A DNA stretch of 64,000 nt from Octopus vulgaris (GCA_951406725.2 OX597815.1:169756001-169820000), one strand, 5' to 3'; positions 1 through 15,057 are shown, numbered from the stretch's first letter. A program made the numbers and translations. The notes: generated from the letters alone by a model not told the origin.

Positions 1-323
1 ATAAGGAAGCCATTACATAGTCGCTCAACCTTCTTCAAATAGCCAATCCCCGTAAAACCATGCCCTGCCGAAGTAAATTAGGACAAGACATATTTGATGA
101 TGGATTCCTACAAAGACCTAAAAAGATGGTAGGTTTATGGATGGAATGTCTTTGATCATAGGACTATGTTAATCAGCGCGTACCCTGGGCTAAGCAACAC
201 CAACAATAACAACTACAAATTGACAAGTTTGGAATTTTACACGGTCGCTTGATCAGGGCCGTCTGAACACTATTGTCGGTTCCCTTACAGAGCAATGCAC
301 CGGGGTCTGTATGTACGTAATCG

Positions 324-447
324 TCGAGGTCGACTTTGCTTTTCGTTCTTTCGGGGCCGATAAAATAAGTACCGCTTGAACAACAAGACCGATGTAATCG
401 ACTTCCTCCTCTCTTAAAATTGCAGGCATTGTACCATAATTAGAAAT
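324..447 (+). mobile_element. SINE family A, 5'-truncated (similar relics at 2385-2530, 25180-25350, 27905-28025)
   Basis: cgaggtcgactttgcttttcgttctttcggggccgataaaataagtacc. Confidence 0.8.
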
Positions 448-1864
448 ACCTACAACATAGTTGGTGTTTAATTCTAGTTCATGTTTATCTCTGTGCGTAC
501 AAACCTAAGATCAAAGACATCTCAGCTGTGACTATTCTGTCAATTACTTCTCCCCAAGAACATTATACCCTGGCCTATATTATCCAATGTCTCTTTCTTT
601 CTTGAGAGTTTAGAATATAATTTACAGATGGTCAGGCTTCTATTTCTGGTAGGTCAAATGACCACATAGAAGCTCCTAGGTTTTGTTGGAATAAATGGTA
701 GGCTTAATCCAATCCCTTGTTTAACACCTCCATCTGGCCCTGGAATGCCGTTTGCAGGGCTGACTATTGCAAATATTCGGATCAGTCTTCGGGTTTGACG
801 ATAAATTCCTGCCTTCCTCTCACACGTCTCAGAAGTCTTGCACAATAAAAGGCCATGAGCATTGCCGTTGTCTGACTAAACAGTAAAAAGTAGCCATCAA
901 GTACTGTATGTATATAACTGTATTTATGTCCAAATCTATTACCTTATATTACTGAAACATGTAAATATCGACCAAGACAAAAACCTGAGGGTTTTTGAAC
1001 GAAATGCACCGATTTACAAACAATCCCTTGTCACTCTCAATATCAGAAATGCAGTGAATTTAAGACTAATTTATCGGGAATCTTTGACTAACGACGCTAT
1101 TGTTCACAAGTTGTGGGATGTAACAAGTAAATATTTATTTATACGACAATATGGATTGAGTGGCATATACAAATGTATTGAGGTCAAAACACAATAGATT
1201 CGAATTTATTGATTGTTTATTGAGGTACGATCCTCTAAGCTTATCGTCCAACTGACTGAAAATAGAAAAATCAAAAGTTTCTCTTTAAAATGGCATCCGA
1301 CTGTCTTAATAGAGGAAATAGTCGCAGAAAAACTTGATCTTAAAATAGATGAGACAGTAATGGCTGTAGCACTTTTAGTCAGGGATGACCTGGAACTAAC
1401 CAAGAACAAGGACAACAAAACAAGAACCAGAACAACAAAACAACAACAACGATGCCGATGCCGACAATGGCGACTTAGGTAGATGATGAAAAGCTCATCG
1501 GTGAAAGAATTAAACGGTCATACAAGCATAAATTGATGCTGTTACATGTACAAAATTCGCCTGTAAATAACCTTATATATAATAGAAGAATCATTGATAA
1601 AATCCAATACATAGGCACTTTGATGAACGTAGCTCAGGCAAAGCTAGATGTTGGCGAAATCAAGCCAATTGCAATGTGTACTGTTACATAGTTAAGGCGA
1701 ATATACATTCATTCAAAATCAGTACGTTCGCAACAACCCAACTAGCTTTTCCAGTTATCTGTTTAACCTGAATTCTGACCGTTCAAGTATAATATTCGAA
1801 ACTAGCCGTGCCAGCATGTTGTATTTCGTTAGTACTATAGTATTGTAACGTCTGTCTCCTATCT

Positions 1865-2108
1865 GTGGAGGCGCGTGGCTTAGTGATTAGGGTGTCAGCA
1901 CCATGGTCGTAAGATTGTGTTTCGATTCCTGGACCGGGCGACGCGTTGTGTTCTTGAGCAAAACACTTCATTTCACATTGTTCCAGTCCACTCAGATGGC
2001 AAAAATGAGTAACGCTGCGATGGACTGGCGTCCCGTCCAGTTGGGGAACACATACGCCATAGAAACCGGGAAACCATGAGCCTGACTAGGCTTTAAAAGG
2101 GCGCATTT
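1865..2108 (+). mobile_element. SINE family B (tRNA-Arg-like head, CORE-like body; OR-type)
   Basis: ggcgcgtggcttagtgattagg (A box), gtttcgattcc (B box), tgtgttcttgagcaaaacacttc (CORE-like), ctgcgatggactggcgtcccgtccag; ttat tail. Confidence 0.9.
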
Positions 2109-3232
2109 ATTTTTTTTTTTATTTATTTATTTGTCTCCTATCTAGATGTGGTTGATCATTGGTTTTGCCAAGAGAGGCTCTGCTGCTTCTTGACACATTA
2201 TATCTTAAATCCTGTTGGGTGCACGCACATTCTTCTCTCTCAATAAATTGATTGAGGTGTAGTAGTAAGACCCCGGCCAGCTAACCACTAGACAGGATAT
2301 ATCGGGCACAGAGTAACCAGCTATAAGCAGTATCTGATAAAATGTCATAATTTATTATTGATTTGTCAGAGTTGTTAGAGTGTCAGAAAAATGTTTCGAC
2401 TCTTTTACATTCAGAGTTCAAACCATACCGAGATCAACTTTGCCTTTCATCCTTTCGAGTCAAGTATTGGGACAAGGATATCAACCAATCTCGTTCCTAC
2501 AAAATCGGTGGCCTGGTGCTTAACTCGAATATAATTATTATTATCATGGTGTTCATAACTGTAGGGTGAAAGGAATCATGAATATGCTAACTTATTTTCT
2601 ATATCCTCACAAGAAGAAAACCCCTACAATGCTGCTTGATCTGCAAGAAATAAATAAGATAATGTATTCCTGGATACATATATCTCGAACAACAACAACA
2701 ACAATAACAACAGAAAGTCTATACTGTCATGGCTAGAACGTCTTCATACATTGGTCTGCTAATCGGGCCTGGCCTGGAGCTAAACTACAGTAATGTTGAA
2801 TATCGATGTTACTGGCCACGTGACATCAAATACGGCAGGCAGGTTTATCCTAAATCATTTTACATCTAAACTAAAACTAGAAGAGTTATGCTTTACTGTT
2901 TACATAACTGAAGAACCACTTCATTCCAATGAACTAACGACCACTGCATTCTCATTCAGCCCCACTGTAACCTATATCGAGCTAATGTACCTTATCTAAA
3001 TTTTATGTAAACACATCTGTTTAGTTTCCTGTACAGCAGCCGGTAAACATGTTTTCTGAATGTCCTTCTAAAATATTGTCCTCTAAGTAACTGATATTCC
3101 AGTCATATCTTTACCATAAAAAACAACATAGCTTTAAGTAATGTCGAGGGTTAGGAAACACTCCTGTTAAAATAGTTTGGTAACAGAGCACTGAGCTAAA
3201 ACATTTACTTGCTTAATATTTTATATATCGAA

Positions 3233-3630
3233 AAGCGGCGAGCTGGCAGAACCATTAACACGCCGGGCGAAATGCGTAGCCGTATTTCGTTTGCTGTTAC
3301 GTTCTGAGTTCAAATTCCGCCGAGATCGACTTTGCCTTTCATCCTTTCGGGGTCGATTAAATAAGTACCAGTTAGGCACTGGAGTCGATATAATCGACTT
3401 AATACCTATGTCTGTCCTTGTTCGTCCCCTCTGTGTTTAGCCCCTTGTAGGTAGTAAAGAAATAAGCTATTTCGTCTGTCTTAACGTTTTGAGTTCAAAT
3501 TCCGCCGAGGTCGACTTTGCCTTTCATCTTTTCCGGGTTGATAAATTAAGTACCATTTGCGTACTGGGGCCGATGTAATCGACTGACCCCTCCCACAAAA
3601 TTTCGGGCCTTGTCTCTAGAGTAGAATAGA
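3233..3630 (+). mobile_element. SINE family A, dimer
   Basis: Head gcggcgagctggcagaa..ttaacacgccgggcg, B box gagttcaaattcc, body gactttgcctttcatcctttcggggtcga; second unit restarts at atttcgtctg. Confidence 0.92.
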
Positions 3631-4290
3631 ATATTTTACCAAGAAAAAAAACAATAAAACAACAAAAAACAAGAAGTTAGCCATACTGTACAGGGAGTTG
3701 AATGTACACTTGCTGGCTGATGAAAATTTTATTAGAGTTTTAGCGTTGTCACAGTGCCATTGACGTTAAAGGACTGTGTCTCTGAAAAGATGTTTATGAA
3801 ATACCAAGCACCATAGCTGGTTGTCTATTAAACCTCTGCTTTCTCTCTCTCTCACCCATTCTCATTCTCCTTCCACGCACACATGCGTACAATGAAATGT
3901 ATGCATGTACACGTGTGTCCATGTGTATGTAATTTAACGACCCCGAAAGGTTGAAAGTAGGACGAAAGAACAGAATGGGGGAAAAAAGTGAAAAGTATAA
4001 GGTAGTAATATAAATACTAATTGAATATATAAACCACGCCTGCATGTCATCATTATGCTCTGTCTACAAGATGGATACATGTATATCACTGTAACTATTA
4101 TAACGGTTTGACGAAGTCAATTACCCGTGAAACTTAAAAGTCACTATCGAAATTTCCATCGAAAAAATAAATTTAACACTACTTAAATATATATATTTTT
4201 TAGTAAATATTTAATTGTTGAACGTAAGGTTTTTGCATGAAACAGACTTACATTAAATCATTTTCCCTCTCTTTTTCTCTCTACACAAGT

Positions 4291-4358
<68 letters not shown>

Positions 4359-4393
4359 GTGTCTATACGGCTATATAAAATGTGTATGTGTGA

Positions 4394-4453
<60 letters not shown>

Positions 4454-4788
4454 TTGTATGTATATGTATATCTATGTATGCTTATATGTATGTATATATG
4501 TATGTATATATGTATGTATGTGTTTATCTGTGTGTGTGTGTGTGTATACCTTCGTTACTTTCCGCTCGATTTTATTTTACTTTCAGACATTTTCCTTTAA
4601 AATCACATGACATATCAAGCTAAATCAGCCATTTGGAAAATCACATAGCGAAAAATTATTTCTGCTATTATTTCGTAAAATAGCAAACATTTCATACGCA
4701 CACACAGATGCCAAGACAATCACTCCCGTATATAAACGTATATAAACATAATACACATAGGTGGACACTCACATTTGAAAACATATTT

Positions 4789-4866
<78 letters not shown>

Positions 4867-5458
4867 ACATACATTCATACATACACACACACACACACAT
4901 TCCTACATATCGCTATATCATTGTATCACATTCCTCTCATACACGGTCATGCCTGGACAAATCTTCCGGATAAAAGAAGCATAGGATAGAGGAAGACCAC
5001 AAACGGAGTGGTTGAGCCATATTAATGAATAGTTAGGAAGGAAAATGGCGGAAGATCTGAAGCTGGCTGATGACTAGAAAGATGCCGAGCGGAAGGAGCC
5101 TGCGTCTCTTGCTGTTGATATATGTCTCCATAGGCCATAGATTTTGATTGATTGATTGGCTATTATTTGATGCCGTAATTGACACCTCGCATGAGAAATA
5201 AGACACATTATCACTTTTGTTCTGTATTTTTGATAGAAGGAAATGACGATGACAAAAGATTTCATTGACCATAGCATGCAACTAGCTTATTCTCTAGAAT
5301 ACCTAGTTTGCCGACCTGCGCTTCGATAGTACGATTTCTGCAACTGTCATGAGATCTGTTTTTACCGATGGAAGCACTGAAACTCTCAGTGAGTCGATGA
5401 GAGGACCTCTATTAAGTCTTTCGGTCTGTTAGAAATAGTGGAGGAACTACTATTGCAA

Positions 5459-5879
5459 GGCGGCGAGCTGGCAGACACGTTAGCACGCCGAGCGAAATGC
5501 GTAGCCGTATTTCATCTGCCGTTACGTTCTGAGTTCAAATTCCGCCGAGGTCGACTTTACCTTTCATCCTTTCGGGGTCGATTAAATAAGTACCAGTTAC
5601 GCACTGGGGTCGATATAATCGACTTAATCCGTTTGTCTGTCCTTGTTTGTCCCCTCTGTGTTTAGCCCCTTGTGGGTAGTAAAGAAATAGGTATTTCGTC
5701 TGCCGCTACGTTCTAAGCTCACAATCCGCTGAGGTCAACTTTGACTTTCATCCTTTCGGGGTCGATAAATTAAGGACCAGTTACTCACTGGGATCGATGT
5801 AATCGACTTCATCCCCTTGTCTGTCCTTGTTTGTCCCCTCTATGTTTAGCCCCTTGTGGGCAATAAAGAAATAAGAAAT
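5459..5879 (+). mobile_element. SINE family A, dimer
   Basis: Same head and two tandem body units; aataaagaaataagaaa tail. Confidence 0.92.
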
Positions 5880-6780
5880 AATAGTGAAACTTATTTAAAC
5901 CATACGCTAATGTCATTAAAAAATGGTGAGTGGATATTACATAATGTAGTCCGAGATATTGCTAAAACTACGGGACGGTCAAGGCTAGGATGCCTTTGAA
6001 CAGGGTTGAATTGTAAACAATAAAACAGCAGCAGCAGCAATAACTACCATTCTCAATGTACGTCTGTATTTTCCATTTTAACAAAGAGCTCTGCCCGAAA
6101 CATACTTATTTACTCGTCCATCATATTAAGTTCCTTTTGTGAACATCATTAGTTTTCGCTAATCATCACTAGTGACAGTCATTCGGCCAACTGCTTTGTT
6201 TTTTTACCCGGCCATCGCTAGTTTCCTCGGATCATAACTAATTTTCTTGGACCATAGCACTATTCATCGGGCCATTCTAGTTTACTCGAGCCATCGCTAA
6301 GACCACCGACTTGTGTCGGTACGTAGTTTGGCAACAATGCCGTTGCAAACGTCGCTGTCAGAATGTTAAAGACCCACTGCTGCAAGACATTCTTTTTTGC
6401 CCGCCTTTGCCGGCTTAAGAATAATGATTATGGATAAGAAAGCGGCATCATAATCGTGATCATCATTGATCATCATGATCGTCATCATCGTCGTCGTCGT
6501 CGTCGTCGTCTCCACCTTCGTCATGTTCACCACCACCACCACCACTATAATCATCATCCCACCTCCCCCGCAATCCCAGTAATAGAATGCTGTCAGAGTG
6601 AAGATTAATACATTTTTTTTTCTTCTTTTCTTTGGTTCCAATGGGAACATCACCCGAATTTGCTGACATTTATTAATATCGTCATTGGAAACGTCTCTAT
6701 ATCTTGATTAAATTCGTCACCACTAAATTATTAATCTTTTAATACTATCCGTCAAATGATGATGATGATGATAAAGATGT

Positions 6781-6816
<36 letters not shown>

Positions 6817-6881
6817 CCATCTCTTTTGAAGTCAGATCACCTAATTAGTTTCTGTTTACCAGTATGGGTTGCCACTGGCTG

Positions 6882-6937
<56 letters not shown>

Positions 6938-7192
6938 TCCTTTCTTCCTTTCTTCCTAATTGTCATTCGGAGACTCTTAAAATGTATGTATATTTACTGA
7001 AATAACCAACGTGATGTCGAAATATGTCCGACCAACATAAGTTTTATTTGGATTCAGATCTCGATTAATGATGCTTAAGCAAAAGTTGAATAACAAAGGC
7101 GGTGAGAAGATGAGAAGACCAAAAAAAATCCCCAACAAAAACAAAGCATAACGATAGATATAGAAATAGAAAGAGAGGAAAAGAAGGGGGAG

Positions 7193-7252
<60 letters not shown>

Positions 7253-8090
7253 GATAGGAGACAGGAAGTTCATAGAATAACAACAGGTTAATATACGAAT
7301 GTATATGTTGCCAGAAGAAAAAATAAAAGCGAAAGATTTCATAATTGGACAATAATTACGTAGTTTTTTTTTCAAATTTAATGACAAATAATATATGTGG
7401 AGTTAAATAGTTTCATTAAAAATAGAATTTTCGCAGTTAATATGTATTTAAATCTAGGATTGGGTATGTTTCTTTCTACAAGATAATATTCAAAATAACT
7501 ATGGGAATGTAAATTAAAAAATAAAATAAATAAATTACACGATTAGAAATCGAAATGAAAATTTAAATACATTTATCGTATAATTGTAATCTGAAATAAA
7601 CATTATCAGATTATGATCAGATTTATAATGTATTTCGATTTCTTCGTCTTTAAAGATGATGGAGGCAGAGCGGCGCCCAGGACATTTATAAGCACTTACG
7701 GATTAGCGAGGGTGAAGGGGTACATGTTTAGAATGGATTTAATGCGATTGGTAGAAGAGAATTTCAGTGAAAAGGCGGCCTTGGAAAAAGATTGGTTAAA
7801 ACGAAATAATGTACCAACAAAGAAAACAAAACAAATTTTGATGTCGTGTTTTGGTTGGGGAGTTGAGACAAAACATGAATAACTAGAGGAGGAGGGCGGG
7901 TACATAGGAAGTTCTTACATGGAGGGGTTGCGGAACTCACTAGTTCAGAGAAGCAGAAAACTTTGTTATAATATGGCTAGAACAGACAGCCCATGAGTCA
8001 GGGTTTGAAACAAGCCCGTGAATGAGTCTCTGTTAAGCAGTTGGATGGATTTTTACTGACCTACTCCAGCAATTTTATCTGGCAATATAA

Positions 8091-8930
8091 GGCGGCGAGC
8101 TGGTAGAAACGTTAGCACGCCGGGCGAAATGCGTAGCCCTATTTCGTCTACCGTTACGTTCTGAGTTCAAATTCCGCCGAGGTCGACTTTGCCTTTCATC
8201 CTTTCGGGGTCGATAAATTAAGTACCAGTTATGCACTGGGGTCGATGTAATCGACTTAATCCGTTTGTCTGTCCTTGTTTGTCCTTTGTGTGTTTAGCCC
8301 CTTGTAGGTAGTAAAGAAATAGGTATTTCGTCTGTCTTTGCGTTGTGAGTTCAAATTCCGCCGAGGTCGACTTTGCCTTTCATCCTTTCAGGGCCGATAA
8401 ATTAAGTACCAGTTGCGTACTGGGGTCGATCTAATCGACTGGCCCCCTCCCTAAAAATTTCGGGCCTTGTGCCTCGAGTAGAAAAGAATATAAGGTGGTG
8501 AGCTGGCAGAATCGTTAGCATGCTAGACAGAATGCTCAGCGGCATTTCGTCCGTCTTTATGTTCTGAGTTCAAATCCCGCTGGACTCGACTTTGCTTTTA
8601 ATCCTTTCAAGGTCAATAAAATAAGTACCAGCTGAGCACTGGAGTCGATGTAATCGATTTACCCCCACCCCCGAAATTGCTGGCCTTGTGCCAAAACCTA
8701 AAATCAATATAAAGCGGTGAGAGGGTTTAATCGTTACCGCGCCAGACAAAGTGCTTAGCAGCATTTTTTCCGGGTATTTACGTTCAGAGTTCAAATGGCG
8801 CCAAAGTCAACTTCGACTTTCAGCCTTCTCCGGTTGATAAATAAAGTATCAACCGAGTACTGGAGTTAATGGAAACGGTTATCCTCTCCCCTTAGAACTG
8901 CTGGTCGCGTGCCAATATTTGGAACTAATA
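8091..8930 (+). mobile_element. SINE family A tandem array: young dimer (8091-8488) plus two older monomers (8494-8710, 8712-8930)
   Basis: Repeated heads, each preceded by aatataa; divergence increases to the right. Confidence 0.9.
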
Positions 8931-9188
8931 TGCAATACGCTCTCAGCTGTGGGGGCATTATATCATTGACAAGTATTTCCATAAATGGCAATGTTGTGTT
9001 CAAATCTAACTATGATAGAGTGATAGTTTCTGTCGATATCAAGCTGTTCTCCAAGGACCCATTCTCCAGGGACCCAATATGGTTTACTTGATTGACTCGA
9101 CAGTAAAAAATAGGATTTTAAAAACTAACTTATAGCTTCTAATACCTCAAGATGCAAGGATATCTTTCTATGCGAAGGCCTCAAAGCA

Positions 9189-9277
<89 letters not shown>

Positions 9278-10202
9278 GGAGTAAACACATAAATGTGAAA
9301 CAAGGTGGAAAAAAGAGTACTCAAATACCAGTGGTAGAGTAATATATATATATATATATACTCCCTACCAGTGTGTGTATGTGTAGGTATGAATGTATAT
9401 ATATATATATATGTGTGTGTGTGTGCGAATGAATATATATATATATATATATATGTATGCATGTATGTATATATACACACATATAGATATATATTTATAC
9501 ACACACATATACATACACAAAGCATACACATACATATACATTCACAGAAAATCGAATCGGCGATATGATTTCGATTTCGATATCTGTTTGAAGTATCTTC
9601 ATTTCCCTCATGCAACTCCAATATTTTCAAGATCGGCATTAAAATCACAAATTTAATTTCTCTTCTTCAAGATACATGGTTTTTTCTTACTCTAAGGAAA
9701 TTGATATTTTACAACAGCTAACAAAGGAGTCAAGGTGTTATTTACCTCAGCTTGCCTCCTTACTTCTTCAACTCTGATCGATAAATCAAGTACGAAATTG
9801 ATTAAAGGTAAAGAAAATGTAAGAGTTGTGTCAGATATCTTGGATGTTTTTTTTGTTTTTTTTTTGTTGCATTATGTGACAGTTTTAGTTTCCACCTATC
9901 TCCAGTTCACACAATCCGTTCACAAAAAAAAACCTTCTCCTGCGATAAGTTTGTAACCTGTCTTTCGAAAAAGAATACCCTGACACCTGCAGCAGTAGCA
10001 GCAGTACCGCTACCGATACCACCGCCACCACAACGATTGCTGCCAGCACCGCAACCAACACCACCACCACCACCACCACCAAAACTAAAATATTTTTTTC
10101 AAATTGTTATATAGACCTTCGATCTCAAATTATAAGGAGTAGATATTTGCAGTTGTTTGTTATTTATGCTACTCTTAAGGGTAATACCGATGAAGGTGGT
10201 CA

Positions 10203-10515
10203 CAGGCATGGCTATGTGGTTAAGAAAGTTTCCTTTACAATCATGCAGTCTCGGGTTCAAGCTTCTGTGTAGCATCTTGGGTTAATGTCTTTAACCATAA
10301 CCTCGGGTTGACTCCAGCCTTGTGAGTGAAACTGTGTAGATGGAAACTAATAGAAGCCCCTCGGACGGATCGAACAAGTAATTCAAAGGTCAAGTTTTAC
10401 TTTAGGAGTACTCGTGTCTGTGGAATACTCACCCACTTAAACGTTCATTTGACGAGTTGGATGTTCAGCTTATCGAATAACTGATTGCTCACCATCGAAA
10501 CCGATGGAAAATCCT
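10203..10515 (+). mobile_element. Chimeric SINE: family C head plus tail type 2
   Basis: 10203-10345 matches the C head and body; 10405-10512 matches 37903-38010. Confidence 0.7.
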
Positions 10516-10973
10516 TCAGCGATGAAGGCAAAATCAAATTTCTATTAATAAGAATTGAAATCAAATCGCAAACTGGATATAATCATCTGTCGGTGTTATT
10601 GATTTAAATCACCGAATCAAAGAATATTTCTACCTGTTCCCAAATATTTATGTGTTTAAAAAGTAGAAACCAATAGTTTTGAAAATCGCAAAAAACCCTT
10701 TTAAGTGAATGCTCAACTCAATAACTCAATACTGAACGAATTATCACAGTTATTGTGACACTAGGCGGATAAAAAAAGTGATCCTCACACCTTCCTCTGT
10801 GATAGGACAGGTCTTGCAGAGGTAGCTTTTCTCTAGTGAGAAACTGAACTTTGTATATCGTATCAACGAAGCAATTTTAATTCCATTGTACAACCGATGA
10901 TTTTAGCGGCAGACTTACACCGCCAATGGTAACTACTTACAGCTAAATGGAATGGGCTTTGAGAATCAAATAC

Positions 10974-11041
10974 CTTGATTGTTGACACAATTTGATTGTG
11001 TATGAACTACCAATATCACGACTAGTTGTCTGGTTCTCCAT
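10974..11041 (-). CDS. Candidate alternative first coding exon (MENQTTSRDIGSSYTIKLCQQS-R)
   Basis: ATG at 11041 in a unique-sequence island; open to CAAG|GTATTT donor, phase 2 ending in AG like the 33397 exon; UTR-like unique sequence upstream (11045-11300). Confidence 0.4.
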
Positions 11042-12088
11042 CGAATCACATTCGCTCACCTTCCAGCTGCTCTCATATACAAAAGAGAGAAGATAATTTA
11101 TTAACGTTTGTTTCCAACGTAGCTCTACCTTTCTGTGTTTGCCTTCGTGTATTATTTTCTTATGTTTTGCTTTTAAACTTAAAGAGCAAATTATGTCTGA
11201 CATATCGCACACAATCATTTACTATTTTCTTTATGAATTCCACGGTTGCTGCGCCAGGACAACACAAAACTCATCACTTAGCATTTTATTATTTCCTTCG
11301 GACATGAGAAAATCTTGGTTTATTTGTTTTTATTAAACATCTCTGACATAGTTTTGCATTCGTTTTCATTAGAAAGAGCTATTTAATTTTCTTTTCTAAC
11401 ATTATAAGAAATAAAAAAAAAAAACAACAACATTGAGATTTACAACTGACTAATTAATGCCATATTTATTACTAAACGAATCTGACCAACTTCGACGTTG
11501 TTATAAAGATTAATATAAACAGGAGTAAAATAAAACTAAAACGGTAACCGACTCATTCCATTTAATTTACGTCACGGACGTCGCTGAGATATGCAAGAAC
11601 ATCCACACTGTCACGCTTTATTTTCCCTTCGGACAATGTAAAAAAGATAATACATTAAAAATAATGACGAACTCGCAATCAAGATGAATCTCTAGTGAAT
11701 AGATCTGCAATTCGGTTTCGATTCTTGATTGTAAACATTTTATTAAACAAGCGTTACTATGAATATTTTCGAGGGAAAAAAAAATGAGCGCTACACAATC
11801 TCGTTTTCCTGTAGCCATAAAACAAGGGAACCATGCTTCGAGGAAAGAATGGACACTACAAAATTTCATTCTTTCGGTACATGTAAGCTTTCTGATAGGA
11901 GACAAATGACAAGATCCATACAATAGCTGTAGACCCCCATGTGGGGAATTGTGTGCAAGCCCTGGTTTCGATGATCTGTTGATGCCTTTTCACCTCATTT
12001 ACACTACTAATGTGTTTGGAAAAGGCATATCTATAAATGTGTGTGTGTGTGTGTGTATGTGTGTATATACGTATATATGTGTGTATAT

Positions 12089-12158
<70 letters not shown>

Positions 12159-12286
12159 TTATATATATGTATGTGTATATATAAATATATATATATATAG
12201 GGGAGTGAAATAGAAATAAGCGGTCTTTGACTGCTATTTCTAATTTTTCGGTATGTGGCTAAGCAACCTGTTGCTTGCCCTTTTTC

Positions 12287-12332
<46 letters not shown>

Positions 12333-12339
12333 GTTTCTG

Positions 12340-12389
<50 letters not shown>

Positions 12390-12421
12390 AAAGAATATAC
12401 ATGTATATATGTATATACATG

Positions 12422-12481
<60 letters not shown>

Positions 12482-13269
12482 TATGTAATTATATATATAT
12501 AAATATGTACACACACTTTCATATACATATGCATATATCTAAACTTTCCGACAAATATATGTGCGTTAGAACCATTTCATTTTCTTCTTGTTAGTAATCT
12601 AAGGCCTTGTGATTCGTTAAGCGCTATATTCAGAGAGAGACTCGCGAAACTAATGTCACACAAACCAAGGAAACGGATATAATTTTGCTGCTTAATCCTC
12701 CCCCTCTCCTTTCTTCTCCACCCCCTCGTTCCTCTTCCTCAACCTCGTTCAAACCGCCATCAATTAAGATCACCAACGCCACTACCACTACTACCACCAT
12801 CAATCGTCGTCAATATCGCCATCATATCCTTGATTAGAGCTGTCTTCACTCTCTCCAACAAACTATCACCATCACCATCACCATCAGCAGCAACTGCAGC
12901 AACAGTTGGAGGAGGACAGCAGCAGCAGCAACAGTAGCAGCAGCAGCAGCAATAAGAGCAAGAACCAAGTGAAATTACAGCCCAAAGAACCCTATGGATA
13001 TCATACCATAAAATAATACTTAAACCCTCGTTATTATGCAACCATGAGATAATCTGACAATTTAACCGAGATATTGATTAAAATGTGTCTTTAATGAGGT
13101 GTTCGGCATTTCTTTTATGCAATATCTTCTCCATAATTCCCTAGATCCTCTCTAAAATACATACATTTTTTTTTACCTTAGCTATAATTAGTAAAAAACC
13201 TGAAAAGATTTAACAGAGTCCAAACACCAATTCTTCGACAACGTGACATTCTTAATGTTCTTAATAATA

Positions 13270-13570
13270 ACTGTCTTTACCGTAGGCACACAGCCTGAGA
13301 TTTGGAAGGAGAGGCAAAGGGTGGTTGAAACTACCGACGAATACTTGCTTCGTCTCTATTTGATCGACTCCACAAAGGCAAAAGGCAAAGTTGACCTCGG
13401 CTGGATTTGAAATCAGAACGTAAAGAGACGGTACTAAGTGCTGCAAAATTCTGAGGAGAAGAGATTAGTCGATTACACTGACCCCAGTACTCGAATGACA
13501 CTTTGTTTTATCGATCCAGAAAGAATGAAATGTAAACTTAACCTTTGTGAGACCTGAACACAGATCATAA
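13270..13570 (-). mobile_element. Two old SINE family A fragments
   Basis: aaaggcaaagttgacctcggctggatttgaa and gattacactgaccccagtactc are reverse complements of the A body. Confidence 0.75.
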
Positions 13571-13614
13571 AGCCATATAGCAAAATAGCAAAGAATTGTG
13601 TCCGAGGGTGTATC

Positions 13615-13865
13615 TATTTTGTCCAATGTTCTACCGATTTGCCCGATTTTCTACTAATGTTGCCCGATATTCTAAAGATTTTGACAGATGTTTTACCGAT
13701 ATTGGCCGACGTCCTGCCGATTTTGCCCGATGTTCTATCGATTTTGTCCGATGTTCTGCCGATTTTGTACCGATTTTGCCCGACTTTCTACCAATTTTGT
13801 CCGATGTTCTACTGATTTTGTCCGATACCTACCGATTTTTCCCGATGTTCTGCTGATTTTGCCAA
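13615..13865. repeat. 21-bp minisatellite, about 11 degenerate copies
   Basis: Unit approximately gttctaccgattttgcccgat. Confidence 0.9.
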
Positions 13866-14189
13866 TCCAGCACACTAATTTAGACGCAAGGGTAACAGTT
13901 TTGAGGAGAAAGGCTAGCGATGCCAATAGGGTCAATATTTCAGTGGAACTTAATTTTATTGACACTGACACGAGGAATAGAAAAGACAAAAGATGAGAGA
14001 CAAGGTTTGAACTGGGTTATTTGTCCGACATCCTCACGATTTTGCCAGTCCGATAATGCCTTCTCACTTCGTCTTCAGTCTATTAATCCTATTCTAATAT
14101 TCCCTTTTTAATTAGTTTAATCTGGAATAAGGTGTGTGCTCAAGAGTTTCGTCTCCTTTCAGAAACTCAAATGATCAACGCAAATTAAT

Positions 14190-14930
14190 GCAGCAAATTG
14201 TCGGCTGCAGGAAAAATTTTGGAAAAGAAGAAATTAAGGAATAGAAGTTCGGAGAAAGATGGACTCAGTATAATTGAAGAAGTGTGAATCGCGAGTGCCT
14301 GAACGAAAGAAACCAACTAGCTCCGAGAAATAGAGGTTAACATAGCGATTAGAAAGTCAGAACGTGGGAACAGTAGATCAGTAGGGGAATTGTTGGAATG
14401 TGTTAGTGTGTTAGCGAGCGACTTTATGACAGTCAGTCCGTTGGCTTTTCTTTAGATGCATCTAGGATATCTATCCAGGCAATAGCAACATTGTCTCAGA
14501 TGTAGGAGCAGCACTCCCTCGTGAGTCTTTCTTGAGCTTTGCAGAAAGTCATCAGTTATTTGGGATGAAATGTATTTTATCTGGTCCTGAAGAGCAAGGC
14601 CATTCTTTAGCGTAGCAACGGCCTTGACACTATCATTATAATAGAATGGGTCAAATATCGAAATTCCTGTGATCTACGGGGCATAATTTCATGGCGAAAC
14701 CCAATGCATTTAGATATAGCTTCGTATAAATATCTAACTATTGATATCTCTTTGTTTCTCAGTATTGCATTCATGCAGGTAAACCAATTAAAACCTTCTA
14801 AAAGAACTCCATTTAATCGCATTTAGTATTCGATATAAATTCAGCTTATAATTCTAGATGTTTTGTAATCTTCCTTTTATTATATAGAAACAATGCGTGC
14901 TAATAAAGCTTAACATTCATCTTCATCAGG
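14190..14930 (-). mobile_element. CR1-group LINE 3' relic
   Basis: RMALLFR..LMTFCKAQERLTRECCSYI*..ILDA resembles the CR1-group 'LYKAQVRP.LEYCS.IW..LD.IQ' motif. Confidence 0.6.
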
Positions 14931-15016
14931 TGATTTGTTTTGTAATATATGAAACCCACAGACTTGGCGCAAAAATAGTCAATCACCAACCATACACAAG
15001 CACAACCACACACAGT

Positions 15017-15057
<41 letters not shown>

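Noticed and set aside
1500-1561. Minus-strand acceptor ttatttacag| as the common phase-2 exon
   Set aside because: The phase-2 frame hits TAA after five codons.
1865-1945. tRNA-like sequences at SINE B and D heads
   Set aside because: A and B boxes are present, but the cloverleaf is not intact and the sequence runs into SINE bodies.
5067-5082. CTGATGA-cta-GAAA (and a similar motif near 58975-58992 on the minus strand)
   Set aside because: No stem II or stem I pairing and no suitable NUH; chance core match.
7613-7990. 89-aa plus-strand ORF after an acceptor-like ttaaag
   Set aside because: No recognisable domain, in-frame stops follow and there is no partner exon; may be an old LINE relic.
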